The position numbers were made by a program, and so were the translations under genes. DNA of 64,000 nucleotides from Octopus vulgaris. Its lineage: Eukaryota. Below are positions 46,038-59,538 of this stretch, piece by piece; position 1 is the first letter of the stretch, and every line of letters starts with the position of its first letter. Below the pieces are notes generated by a model. That model saw only the letters and a program-made list of their open reading frames with translations, searched no databases and had not been told where the DNA came from. Where the stretch lies: the NCBI GenBank assembly GCA_951406725.2, contig OX597838.1, positions 8,556,001 to 8,620,000 on the forward strand, read 5' to 3'.

Positions 46038-46045
<8 letters not shown>
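45005..46045 (+). mobile_element. PLE-like arrangement: inverted fragment plus terminally redundant 652-bp monomer with an HHR
   Basis: 45168-45393 matches 45820-46045; 45005-45168 is an inverted, deleted copy of about 45672-45863; ends in (TA)n. Confidence 0.8.
45622..45734 (+). ncRNA. Type I hammerhead motif with expanded stem-loop II
   Basis: CTGTG-CTGAAGA-A-GGAT [73 nt AT-rich] ATCC-A-GAA-ACAT G ATGT-T-CACAG. Confidence 0.72.
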
Positions 46046-46090
<45 letters not shown>

Positions 46091-46098
46091 TATGGAAG

Positions 46099-46169
<71 letters not shown>

Positions 46170-46389
46170 GTATATACATACATATACATATTTCTGTACG
46201 TATACATATATGTAATTACATGCACACATAAAAACTCATGCTTATCTTACAGGTATATATATGGTGGGGGTACACACACAGAGCTGCATACAGACACACA
46301 CATACATACATACATACATGCATACATACATGTATGTGAATATATGTACTTATGTGTATGCGTGTATATATATATGAATACATACATAC

Positions 46390-46424
<35 letters not shown>

Positions 46425-46924
46425 TATACATGCATACACACACACACATATATATATATATATACATATATACACACTTTGATATATTCACCTTCACCAC
46501 CAGATTCCGGATCACACATCAATCAAACTAATTGAACGAACGACTAAAAACTACTTGTAGGTTGTTGTTGTTGTTGTTGTTGTTAGGGGGAAGTGGTGGT
46601 GATAGTGGTGGTGGCGACTGCGGCGGCGGCGGTCGAGAGGAGAGGAGGGAGGAGAAGAAAAAGAAGAGGAATGAAGAATGACTGCTCTTACCTAATCTAC
46701 CCATGACCTAATTACCGATGCCACCACCACCACTACCACTACCAAAACAACTACTAACACCACCACTATCATCACCGCCATCACCACCACCACCACAGCA
46801 CCTACCCATGATTCCCCGAGAGAGAGAGAGAGAGAGAGAAGGTCTCCATGTGGTTGCTCGAACACGCTAGAAAGAGTAACCAAGTCTCTCCTCAAATTAC
46901 AATGCAAAAGTTTTGGCGAAAGTA

Positions 46925-47120
46925 AGACGGAGAACTGGCAGAACCGTTAGCACGCCGGAGAAAATGCCTAGCGTCATTTCATCCGTCTTTACGTTCCGAG
47001 TTCAAATTCTGCCGAAGTCCACTTCGCCCTGTGCACTGAGGTCTATGTAACTGATTTAATCCCCACCCACCTTCCCTCCTCTGAACTTGCTGTCCTTGGG
47101 CCAAAATCTGAAGCCAATAT
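46925..47120 (+). mobile_element. Degraded SINE B
   Basis: CTGGCAGAACCGTTAGCACGCCGG..GAGTTCAAATTC. Confidence 0.75.
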
Positions 47121-47639
47121 TTGGCGAAAGTAAAACCGAGACACATTAAGTAATGCCGTCTTATCTGCCACGGTTATGCGTACATAACCGTGGAAGAATG
47201 GGTGGTCACGACTGGCGGACATTTTATCATAGGTCTGGTCAGTGCATGTCTATATGGTTAAGAATTACGTGACGCCTTAGGTAAGTGTATTTTCCAGCAA
47301 TATCTCTGGTTTGACCACTGCCTCGTGACATGTGTCAGATGGCAAAAGAGCAGCTCACCGTGTGTGGCCACTAGTCTGAAGATGTGACACTAAGGTATAC
47401 TCAGCCACATCGTGTAGGTCCAAACGGAATGGTACTGAAACAATTGTAACGAGTATTAAACTTGTGCTACACACTGATTCTATGGCCCAGAGTCCTCTCT
47501 GGATCGGGCTGCTGTGCCGTGGACTCAGGGCCACTATCCATTCGGCCTTGTGACTAAACGGTCGAGGAGGGACATGGCTCTAATTCTCCTCTTTCCTTCT
47601 TTATTCTATTTTCGTTTTTCCGCTTTTCCACTTTCCACC

Positions 47640-47872
47640 CTGCGTGTCTTTGAGTTTGTGTTTTTGTTTGACCCCCACCCACCGCTTGACAACCGGTGTT
47701 GCTGCGTTTACGTCCCCGTAACTTAGCAGTTCGGCAAAGGAGAAGTACAGAATACATTCCATGCTTATAAAAAAAATAAGTACTGGAGGATGTCGATTCG
47801 TTCAGCTAAAAAAATTTCCACGGCGGTGCCCCAGCATGGCCGCAGTCTAATGACTGAAGCAAAAGATAAAAT
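47640..47872 (+). mobile_element. SINE A 3' half
   Basis: GCTTGACAACCG..CAGCATGGCCGCAGTC. Confidence 0.8.
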
Positions 47873-48727
47873 GCAGAAAATATAAGAAAACCCCCACACC
47901 GCCAGCACCACCAACCCTTACCCCCACCACCACCGCCGCCGCCGCCACCCCTTCCACCCACCCCCGCCCTAGCCCCAGCCGCTCTTCAAGCCAACTGATA
48001 TCCCAATCAACCGGTAAACAAGTAACCTAATTTAATTAACGCTAAAGAGTCTTAACAATCAAACCACAGGCTCTAACAAGTTTGTTGTCATTTTAGTGGA
48101 GGTTTGGTGCGTGAATGGTGATTAGAGAGAGAGAGAGGGAGTGAGAGAGAGAGAGAGGGAGAGAGAGACAGGAAGACAGGGAGATAGACAGAGATTGTGT
48201 GAAAGACAGAGAGAGATAGACAAAGATAGACGTAGAGAGAGAGAGAGCGAGAGATTTACAGTTTGACAGCTGACCTCGAACTTGTGAGCAACCACTTCTC
48301 AGCCACCACCGACGTTGCCACACTGATACCACCACCACCACCAACAACAACCCCCACCACGTCCGACAACATCAACAGCAATAACACCGCTTCTGTTATT
48401 GTTGTTGATGTTGTCGGACGTGGTGGGGGTGGTGGGGGTGGTGTTGTTAGGCCCTTTTTGGCATATAATCAGAAGCGCTTCAGGCTGGACCGTCCAATCT
48501 TCTTATATGCCTAAGATTGACCAATGAAGACGTCCTTCTTTATGTAAGACGCTAGGATTTGATTTGAGGGAAGTTTGGCCGTTATTTCCAGCACGTCGAG
48601 CGATCACCATTTACCATTTACCATCTATTCCCTTCGAAATTTTATCCCTAATAGCGGTTTAGAATTTAACAGTCCTCTCTATCCTATTATGGATACTTCT
48701 TATGTGTTTAAATGTACACTGTATTTA

Positions 48728-48771
<44 letters not shown>

Positions 48772-48865
48772 CACGTGACCATCAGATGTTGCTACACATC
48801 GCTGGTCACAATGCGTTCGCATTGTTTTAGCCTTCGAATGACGCCACCCCTCTGGCTAAGCGAGC

Positions 48866-48914
<49 letters not shown>

Positions 48915-48916
48915 CC

Positions 48917-48979
48917 AGATAACCGAAGAGATGACGTTGTGGATTCCCACTTCGGCATCTGAAACTCAGAGTTTTATCT
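48917..48979 (+). ncRNA. Type I hammerhead motif (U4C in this copy) in a short element at 48913-49082
   Basis: AGATAA-CCGAAGA-GATG..GTGG..CCAC..CATC-T-GAA-ACTC A GAGT-T-TTATCT. Confidence 0.72.
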
Positions 48980-49253
48980 TGACTATCGAGTAATGTAACA
49001 TATTATTTTATAGATAAATTTCCTCTATTTACATAATATTGAGGTCTCTTTCTTTCTTTTGTTATCTTACCGTTTTACCAATATATGCTTATTATTCACC
49101 ACACATACACACACACACACACACATACACACGCACGCACAAACACACTCGACATCCTTGCACACACACACGCACACACACACATTCCCTTTTTTGAAAC
49201 TCTCTTGCCTTTAAAAATCATTTTCGTCTACCTCTCAACTTCTGTTCTTTCAA

Positions 49254-49329
49254 CATGTGATCTCTTGAGCACCACCAGATATCTTTCCCGTCTTCCTGTT
49301 TTCTTGACGAAGAGCTCCGCTTTGGATTA

Positions 49330-49391
<62 letters not shown>

Positions 49392-49596
49392 TTAATCCAA
49401 ACATGAAAGCACAAAAAAACACAACAACGCAAGGTCATGGAACAAATATAGTATTATTGGACGCTCAGGAAAGAAGGAAAGAAGGAGGGTTTAACGTTTC
49501 GAGCGGAGCACTTCGTCGGAAACATAGGAGAAAGAAAGATCCAGAGAAGGGAAGACACAGGAAAAAAAATCGCCAACGGTACACACGCGGTCACAT
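49254..49596. mobile_element. Tail-to-tail pair of H1 repeats across a (TA)n
   Basis: TTTGGATTAACTT-(TA)n-AAGTTAATCCAAA; HHR motif at 49489-49523 (minus strand) and a truncated core near 49303-49321. Confidence 0.8.
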
Positions 49597-49601
49597 ATAT
49601 A

Positions 49602-49699
<98 letters not shown>

Positions 49700-50141
49700 G
49701 TGATGTCGTTCTGGTCGTTCTGGAGTAATTTTTCTGTCTGTGTATAAATTATAATCATCATCGTCGTCGTGGCCATCGTTTTTACGTCCACTTTTAAATG
49801 TTTGCATGGGGGCGGCCGAAATTGGACGAATCAAATAATAAATTAACAGTGATGTACTGAAGTCAATGTAATCGACTTTACCCCTTCGCCTCAAAATTGC
49901 AGACGAAGTACCGCTAGGCATTTCGCCCGGCGCGCTAACGATTCTGCCAGCTGGCCGCCTTAGAACCATTTATATTATAAATGGATGGCAGAGAGATAAA
50001 AGAAAAAAAATAGAGTGTACTGTATTCTATATTTTGCGATTTGCGTAATGTGTTCAAATCCTGGTAGAGACGAATTTTCCCTTTCCTTTTTCTTCCTCGC
50101 TTTCCGGTGTGCCTCTGGTTGCGGGCAGAGATTAAACAAAT

Positions 50142-50205
<64 letters not shown>

Positions 50206-50357
50206 AGGTGGTGGTGGTGGTGGTGGTAGTAGTTATGGTGGTAGTGGTGGTCGCTGAGAGCGGCGGCAAGTGATAACTTGTTCAGTTTACACGCCACACA
50301 CACATACACATAAGCCATAAATACTCTCTCTTCTATAGATATATACATATACATACG

Positions 50358-50393
<36 letters not shown>

Positions 50394-50408
50394 CATGTAT
50401 ATATATAC

Positions 50409-50445
<37 letters not shown>

Positions 50446-50466
50446 TACATATATATGTATATATAT

Positions 50467-50498
<32 letters not shown>

Positions 50499-50914
50499 AC
50501 ACAAATATATATATGTATATATACATACATAAAATATATATATATATACACACACGTATACGTATATATGTATATAGACATATACATATATACATACACA
50601 CACACACATATATATATATATATACGTACATATACATGCATATATATATAAGCATACATGCACCCACCCCACCCCATTGTACTCATACCCCCAACACCCA
50701 CCCTCAACTCCCATTAATCACCCATACATAAGACGCAACGCTGACATTCTGCCAACACTTGCTAAGCTGGACGTGTATAAACCTACGTTCTGTGTATGTA
50801 TGTGTGTGTGTGTGTTTGTGTACGATGGGCTTCTTTCAGTTTCCACCTACCAAATCCACTCAGAAGGCTTTGGTCGGCCCAGGGCGACAGAAGAAGACTT
50901 TGCCCAAGTTTGAA

Positions 50915-51222
50915 GGCGCGTGGCTTAGTGGTCAAGGTGTTCGGCCTCACGATCGTAAGGTCGTGGGTTCAATTCCCGGCGACGCGTTGTGTCCTTGAGC
51001 AAGACACCTTATTTCACGTTGCTCCAATCCGCTCAGCTGGCAAAAATGAGTAGTACCCGTATTTCAAAGGGCCAGTAGTGTGTTGTTCTCCCCCGAGAAC
51101 TACGTTAACGGTTCACCTGTCTGTGGAGGGCTCAGTCACTCGAACGTTGATTTTGCGAGCAAGCTGTTCCGTTGATCGTCTCAACTGGGTCCCTCGTCGT
51201 CGTAACCGACGGAGTACCAACA
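50915..51222 (+). mobile_element. tRNA-derived SINE family C
   Basis: A box TGGCTTAGTGG, B box GGTTCAATTCC, then GTGTCCTTGAGCAAGACAC; its 3' part recurs at 57385-57570. Confidence 0.85.
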
Positions 51223-51414
51223 GTAATTGTTTAGTGGTACACTGCACAAACTAATACCTTGCATAGTTCAGCATTAAAAAAATATTTTTTATACTAATGT
51301 GCAAATATCTGTATCTTAGTTAATTATTTAAATTAATTTAATCTTTGTTTAATCGAGAATGTGTTGACCATGTCGATTGCTCCACTCTTGGTTCGGAAAA
51401 AATCAGTAATCCGG

Positions 51415-51480
<66 letters not shown>

Positions 51481-51729
51481 CGTGCATGTGCGTGTACACA
51501 TATATGATTTCTGAAACAGTGCAATAAAGACCTGATGATCAGGTGTGGTCAAGGAACATCCAATACAGGGTTTCGAAACAACCTCAATGGTGAAACAAGT
51601 GTAGGGAATAAATGCTATACAATACATACAGACAGACAGACAGACAGACAGACATATATATATGTATATATGTATGTATATGCGTATATATAGAGAGTGA
51701 AAGAGGGGAGAGAGACATATACATGTATG

Positions 51730-51785
<56 letters not shown>

Positions 51786-51836
51786 TATATATATAGATAT
51801 AGATATAGATATAGATATAGATATAGATATATGATA

Positions 51837-51995
51837 GATCGTTAGCCACTACACACATTTTTTTCTCTCCTTGTTTTTTTCTGTGTCCCTTTCTGTAGAA
51901 GAGCGTAGGCTCGAAACGTAAAAGTCTTTTTCTATTCCTGAGCCTGTTTGTTTTGTACACCACCTGTCTTCGTCTTTTGTTTTTTCGTAAACTCT

Positions 51996-51999
<4 letters not shown>
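51837..51999 (+). mobile_element. HHR-like motif-bearing repeat in (TA)n
   Basis: CTTT-CTGTAGA-A-GAGC gtag GCTC-GAA-ACGT-A-AAAG at 51889-51924 (A6 changed to U). Confidence 0.7.
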
Positions 52000-52042
<43 letters not shown>

Positions 52043-52621
52043 CTAGTTTCAGCTCAAGAGATGTGGCCATGCTGGGGCACACACATACACATATATATAT
52101 ATATATACATATGTATACATGTATATATAGATAAACACACCCACACACAAACATATATACCAAACACACATTTACCCCTTGTCTTACACAGATCTGTCTG
52201 TTCGCCCACATCTATCGTTGCTGCCCTACGACCCCCACCAATACACCCTCCCATCCCCACCTTCCACCACCACCACAACACCCTCAAATCCTGTTTACCA
52301 TTCCTCAGATGTCAACCACCAAATATTTACCTATTTATCAACTCAACGCTTAATTTTCTAAATCATACACTTAACCATTTGTTTTTGAGGAGTTTTTTCT
52401 TTCCTTTTATATATTTTTTTTTTTGGTTTTTGTATTTCTTCTTTCAATTCGCATATTTTGCAACATTGAAAAAAATAAGTGAAATCAGTTCTTTGAATAT
52501 ACAATATATTATTTTCTTCTATTGGAAACGATCTTTTATAGTCTTATGTTGTTTATTCTATGCATGTATACTCATATACACTCACTGAAACACGTGCACG
52601 CACGTACACACACACACATAC

Positions 52622-52688
<67 letters not shown>

Positions 52689-52704
52689 TATGCATATGCA
52701 TATG

Positions 52705-52735
<31 letters not shown>

Positions 52736-52764
52736 ATGTATATGCATATGTATATATATGTATG

Positions 52765-52797
<33 letters not shown>

Positions 52798-53071
52798 GTA
52801 TATATGTATATGTATATGCAGCGATATTTTTTGATTTATAAATGCGCGTGAATGTAGTGTTCGGGAGAATGTGTAAAATTAATAAGAAATGTGAGTGTGG
52901 GTCTGTGTGGATATGGATATATAAAAATGTGAGTTTATATATATGTGTGTGTGTATGTATACAGATACATTAATACATAGATACATTGACATACATACGT
53001 ATATAGAAATATACATATATCTACATACAGATATATATACGTATATGTATGTATGTATGAATATATGTATG

Positions 53072-53127
<56 letters not shown>

Positions 53128-53375
53128 GTTGTAGCTACAGACAATTATACATACGTACATACATATGTTCATACGCATATATATATACATGCATACATAC
53201 ACACGGTATGCATATATATATATATACATATGTAATAGCGTATATATATCTATATATCTATATATATGTATATATCTATATATATATATGTGTATATATC
53301 TATATCTATATCTATATATATCTATATCTATATATATCTATATACATATCTATATATATCTATATACTATATATA

Positions 53376-53532
<157 letters not shown>

Positions 53533-53907
53533 ATGTATATCTATATGTTTTGGTTTGAGAATCTTTGTATTCTATGTTACAGCTTCAAGTTGTTCTCGGC
53601 TTTTTAGATATTTCTGTCAGCCCTATAATTTACATATTTCTAATTTTCTCAGAGCAGGAAGGGCGGTAAGGGGTGGAGTGTGGAGGTTTGGGGGGGGGAG
53701 GTATGTGGCAAAAATATATATGAAAAGACCAAGTTTTTAACTTGAAAATTAACGCACAAGAAAAAAAAAGAAAGAACTCATAGAAAATATTTTAAAAAAG
53801 AAAACGTGAAAATATTAAAATCGCTAATAATAATCAGAATAATAAAAATAATAACAACAAGAACAACAATAACAGCGATGATAATAATAATAATAATAAT
53901 AGTAATG

Positions 53908-53999
<92 letters not shown>

Positions 54000-54411
54000 T
54001 TTAAGACAATGGCTCTAAAAACTTCGTTAGTAAAAATCTTGAAATAAAAAATGTATGTCGAAATGAAAAGTAGATATATGCGTGTTTTTGGTCTGGGTGT
54101 TTGTGTGTATGTGCGTGTGTATATATGTGTGTATATAATAAATTAAATTGATAGAGTTTTATTCGGAGTTTTCAAATAATTTCATATGTAAGTTATATCT
54201 TTTATTTTAATAAACATAAGATTTAAGTCTCGCTGGGACAAAAATAATAATCAAAAATATTTAGCGAAATATTAAACAATGTGGCTTCATCACAGAGTAT
54301 GCGGAAGATGTAGGTTCGAACTTGCCCACTACTATTCTCAGACATTCATCAGAGATAGACAGCGAAACTGAGAGGAGAGAGAAATAGAGACTGGAAGATA
54401 GGAGAGAGAGA

Positions 54412-54555
54412 GACCCCAGGATTTATTCTTTGTAAGCCTAGTACTTATTCTATCGGTCTGTTTTGCCGAACCGCTAAGTTACGGAGACGTAAACACACCA
54501 GCATTGGTTGTCAAGTGATGTTGGTGGGGGAGCAAACACAGACACACAAACATAT

Positions 54556-54619
<64 letters not shown>

Positions 54620-54828
54620 CCAGCTTAGAGAAGAAGAAGAAACGAAACGAAACCAAACGATACATATATACGACGGGCTTCTTTCAGTTTCCGTCTACCA
54701 AATCCATTCACGGGGCTTTCGTCGGCCCGAGGCTATAGTAGAAGACACTTGCCCAATGTGCCACGCAGTGGGACTGAACCCGGAACCTTGTGGTTCGTAA
54801 ACAAGCTACTTACCGCACAGCCACTCCT
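54412..54828 (-). mobile_element. SINE A with expanded internal microsatellite
   Basis: Family match on both sides of (TA)n plus a short insert. Confidence 0.88.
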
Positions 54829-55191
54829 ATATTATATTATATTATATTATATTATATTATAAGAGCAGGAAACTTGCATTAAAAAAATCATCACAAAAGA
54901 TATACGTCCCAAATAATATTGTGTTAATAAATAGTTGTGTAACTATATAAAGTATGATTATTTCAAAATTTTAAAAGTTTAAAATATCTTACGATCGTTT
55001 CATGTATGTATTACCCTTCGAAATGAAATCTAAAATTGATATCCATTATTAGGTAATACATCCACTCGTCAGAGAGAAAGGGCGTGAATTTCCGTGTAGT
55101 CAATCGAATGCTATTTAAAAATATATGGAAAAGATGATGTTTAAAAAGTTACTGGCGTAGATGTGCGTTGGTAACTTATATGTATCTTGTT

Positions 55192-55307
55192 CACCAACCA
55201 CATGATTTCGGGTTCAGTCCCACTGGGCAAGTGTCTTCTACTATAGCCTCGGGCCGACCAAACCCTTGTGAGCGGATTTGGTAGACGGAAACTGAAAGAA
55301 GCCCGTC

Positions 55308-55310
<3 letters not shown>
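55192..55310 (+). mobile_element. SINE A 5' fragment
   Basis: Family match. Confidence 0.85.
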
Positions 55311-55362
<52 letters not shown>

Positions 55363-55382
55363 TGTGTGTCTACTACTACTAC

Positions 55383-55445
<63 letters not shown>

Positions 55446-55584
55446 CATTATTACTATTATTAAAAGGCCGCTTCCTTCAAGTCTTCCACAGGTTCCTTTA
55501 TCTAATTCCATCGATGTTATTGGATTAGATTTGTTTTTGAATGGGGAGTCCGGTTTAGTAAATCCATGTTGTTATTCAGTGCCT

Positions 55585-55586
55585 TA

Positions 55587-55626
<40 letters not shown>

Positions 55627-55684
55627 CATTATCATCATCATCATTATCATCATCATCATCATCATCATCATTATTATTATCATT

Positions 55685-55761
<77 letters not shown>

Positions 55762-55765
55762 CATT

Positions 55766-55806
<41 letters not shown>

Positions 55807-55819
55807 TATTATTATCATT

Positions 55820-55863
<44 letters not shown>

Positions 55864-55915
55864 TATTATTATTATTATTATTATTATTGTTATTGTTATT
55901 ATCATCATCATCATC
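55585..55915. repeat. (ATT)/(ATC) compound microsatellite
   Basis: Directly visible. Confidence 0.95.
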
Positions 55916-55977
55916 ACTACTACTGCAACTAGTTAGATTACCATAAGTATCATTATCATCACCATTGTCATTATTGA

Positions 55978-56015
<38 letters not shown>

Positions 56016-56082
56016 CAATTATTATATCTTATTACCATTCTTGTTGCTGTTCTTGTTCTTCTTTTTCATCATCATCATCATC

Positions 56083-56154
<72 letters not shown>

Positions 56155-56738
56155 TCCTGCTTGTTTCTTTTCGGTCTATTCTGATTTTTACCTGATCAGG
56201 ACACAGAGAGCAACGTCATCCGAGCGAGCGCTATTGAAAATTCAATGAAAATCCGCCATTTTTGTTTTGCGTATCCGAAAACGGATTTGTAAAAGCGGCG
56301 AGATTGGTCGGCCAAGAAAGACACAAAGGAGAGCGAGCCGTGGAGTTTAATTAGATCTTGGGGCGAATTAGACGTGAGTTCTTTAGTTATCGATAGAAGA
56401 ACGTCCATAAGCCTTGTTTTTGTCTTTGTTAGTAATTAAAATTGCTTTCAATCCGTCTTCGAAACGGAGACATTCTTTTATGAACTTTCAATATACTGTG
56501 TGGATGGATGGATGGATGGATGGATGGGTGGGTGGGTAGGTGGATGGATCGATCGATTGATGGATGGATGGATATGTGTATATATATATATATATATATG
56601 TGTATATATAAATGTATGCATTTATATATGGATGTATACACACATGTATGTCCGCATATATGTTTGAATATATTAGTGGATGGATGCCTGCATGCAGGCA
56701 TACATGCATGTATGTATGCACGTATATGTATATGTGCG

Positions 56739-56773
<35 letters not shown>

Positions 56774-56795
56774 GTGTGTGCATGTGTGTGAGTTC

Positions 56796-56840
<45 letters not shown>

Positions 56841-56854
56841 CATGAATGTGTATG

Positions 56855-56921
<67 letters not shown>

Positions 56922-57075
56922 GTATGCATGTATGTAAATATTGATATATGAATGCATGTAGCACGCATGCGCGTATATGTGTGTATGTGTCTTTGCTTGT
57001 ATGTGCGTATACATGTGTGTGCACGCATGAAAATATGTACGAACGTATGTATGCTTATAATAGTGTGTATACACG

Positions 57076-57127
<52 letters not shown>

Positions 57128-57131
57128 CTTG

Positions 57132-57352
57132 TTCTTTTATTCTTTTACTTGTTTCAGTCTTTTGACTGCGGTCATTCTGGAGCACCGCCTTAAATTGGTT
57201 TTTTTAAGTCGAAGAAATCGCTCCCAGAACTTATTCTTTGTAAGCCTAGTACTTATTCTAACGGTCTTCTTTTGCCGAACCGCTAAGTTACGAGGACTTA
57301 AACACGCCAACGTCGGTTGTCAAGCGACGTAGTGGGGGAGCACGGACACAGA
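57132..57352 (-). mobile_element. SINE A 3' half
   Basis: Family match. Confidence 0.85.
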
Positions 57353-57715
57353 GACGTATCTTTAGGTACTACTGACATAAATTAGTCGTACCTGTAATTC
57401 AAAGGGCCAGATTTATCCCCTTCTCTGTCGTGCTGAATCTTACTGATAACTACGTTAAGGGTACGCGTGTCTGTGGAGTGTTCAACCACTTGCATGTGAA
57501 TTTCACGAGCAGGTTGTTCCGTGTATTGGATCTACTAGAATCCTGGTCGTCGCAGCCGACGGAGAACCAATTTCCTGGAAGAAGACTTTTTACTCTCTTT
57601 ACTCTTTCTTTCCTTAAACATCAGTCTGACACTATTCATTTCCATCGTGTTTCCCTGGCAGATATAATCTTAATTCTCTGAAATTATGTGTTAACCATTC
57701 CATATATTTTAAGGC

Positions 57716-57944
57716 GGCGAGCTGGCAGAAACGTTAGCATGCCGGGCGAAATGCGTAGCCGTATTTCGTCTGTCGTTACGCTCCGAGTTCAAATTCCGCC
57801 GAGGTCGACTTTGCCTTTCATCCTTTCGGGGTCGATAAATTAAGTACCAGTTACGCACTGGGGTCGATGTAATCGACTTAATCCCTTTGTCTGTCCTTGT
57901 TTGTCCCCTCTGGGTTTAGCCCCTTGTGGGTAATAAAGAAATAT
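57716..57944 (+). mobile_element. SINE family B, full copy
   Basis: tRNA-like head; central GACTTTGCCTTTCATCCTTTCGGGGTCGATAAATTAAGTACCAG; 14-bp duplication ATATATTTTAAGGC at 57702-57715 and 57945-57958. Confidence 0.93.
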
Positions 57945-58697
57945 ATATATTTTAAGGCAGTTCGTTATTAGAATTCTTATTCTTTATCTTTTGTAACTCC
58001 CAACAAAGTGTTAGCATGTTGTAAACAATTAAACTTTCATCTTGAAGAACACTTAACAATCTTTATATTTCGGGTAAAAGTACTCCTAGTCAAAGTTTGA
58101 AAGTAACCCGAGAAATTCTACATAACATACTCTATTAGTTTTTCACTTCGAACATGTCTTACAGAACTCTCTTCCTTCTTGTCTCCTTGTTTCCGTCACA
58201 AATTTAATATTAATTCTTTGGAAGCATTGATCATTTTATCATTTTCTAGAGCAGCTTCGCATTAGATATCTTTACTCCTTGTCAATTATAACTTCCAACA
58301 AAGTGATTGAGCGTTACAAAAAATTCAACATTCACCTTGAAGAATATTTGATAATGCTTAGATTTCGGGTACATTACTCCTTAGCAATAGTGTCTTTGTG
58401 TAGCAATATAAATTTACCTTGAAGTGAACAGAAAAATGTTTAGCTGAGTCGTTGTGTCTATCCTATGAGCTAAAAAAACCCGTGTGTTGATTTTAATTGT
58501 GTAGTATTGTTGTTGTTGTTATTGTTTTAATATACCCTACATTTTCTCTGGGTACGTCTATCATTTACCGTTTACATCATTAAAGTCGTGTAATGGGAAA
58601 ACATGTATGTCGCTCGTGCATTTGCATGCAGTCATTGAAATCAGGTAAAGTGAGAGGAGAAAGGGTAAACAGAATAGAGGTACGAAGAATACTTCTG

Positions 58698-58928
58698 GGT
58701 TCCGGCTTCAGTCCCACTGTGTGGCACCTTGAGCAGGTGTCTTCTATTATAGCCCGGGGCTGACTAAAGACTTACGAGTCGATTTAGTAAACGGAAACTG
58801 AAATAAGATCGTCGTGTATATATATATATGTGTGTGTATTTGTGTTTGTCCCCCTGCTAAGGCTTCACAACCGATGCTGGTGTGATTATGTCTCCATAAC
58901 TTAGTGGTTCGGCAAAAGAAACCGATAC
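58698..58928 (+). mobile_element. SINE A partial copy
   Basis: Family match. Confidence 0.82.
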
Positions 58929-59459
58929 AATAATACATACACATACACACACACATACACACATACATGCATACATACACATACATACACATACACATAC
59001 ATACATACACACATACATATACATGTACATATATGCACATACATACATGCATACATACACATACATACACATACACATACATACATACACACATACATAT
59101 ACATGCATACATGCATACATACATGTACATACATGCACATACATACACATACATACACACATACATGCATACATATATCCATATATATATGCATACATAC
59201 ATGCACATACATACATACATGCATACATACATACATACATACATACATGTACATACATACATACATACACATACATACACACATACATGCATACATATAT
59301 GCATACATACATGCACATACATAGATACATATCCGTAAGAAACCATTTCATTATCCTCCAAAACCAGTTTACCGCTCAACAAGATTGGAAAGAGAGCGGT
59401 GACTGTTCCTGTCTTTCAAAGGATTTTGTCGCCATGGTTCCGATTCGCTAATTACAACT

Positions 59460-59538
<79 letters not shown>

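Noticed and set aside
50915-50985. tRNA gene
   Set aside because: The A/B boxes run into a SINE body with no clean acceptor stem; the same applies to the SINE A and B heads
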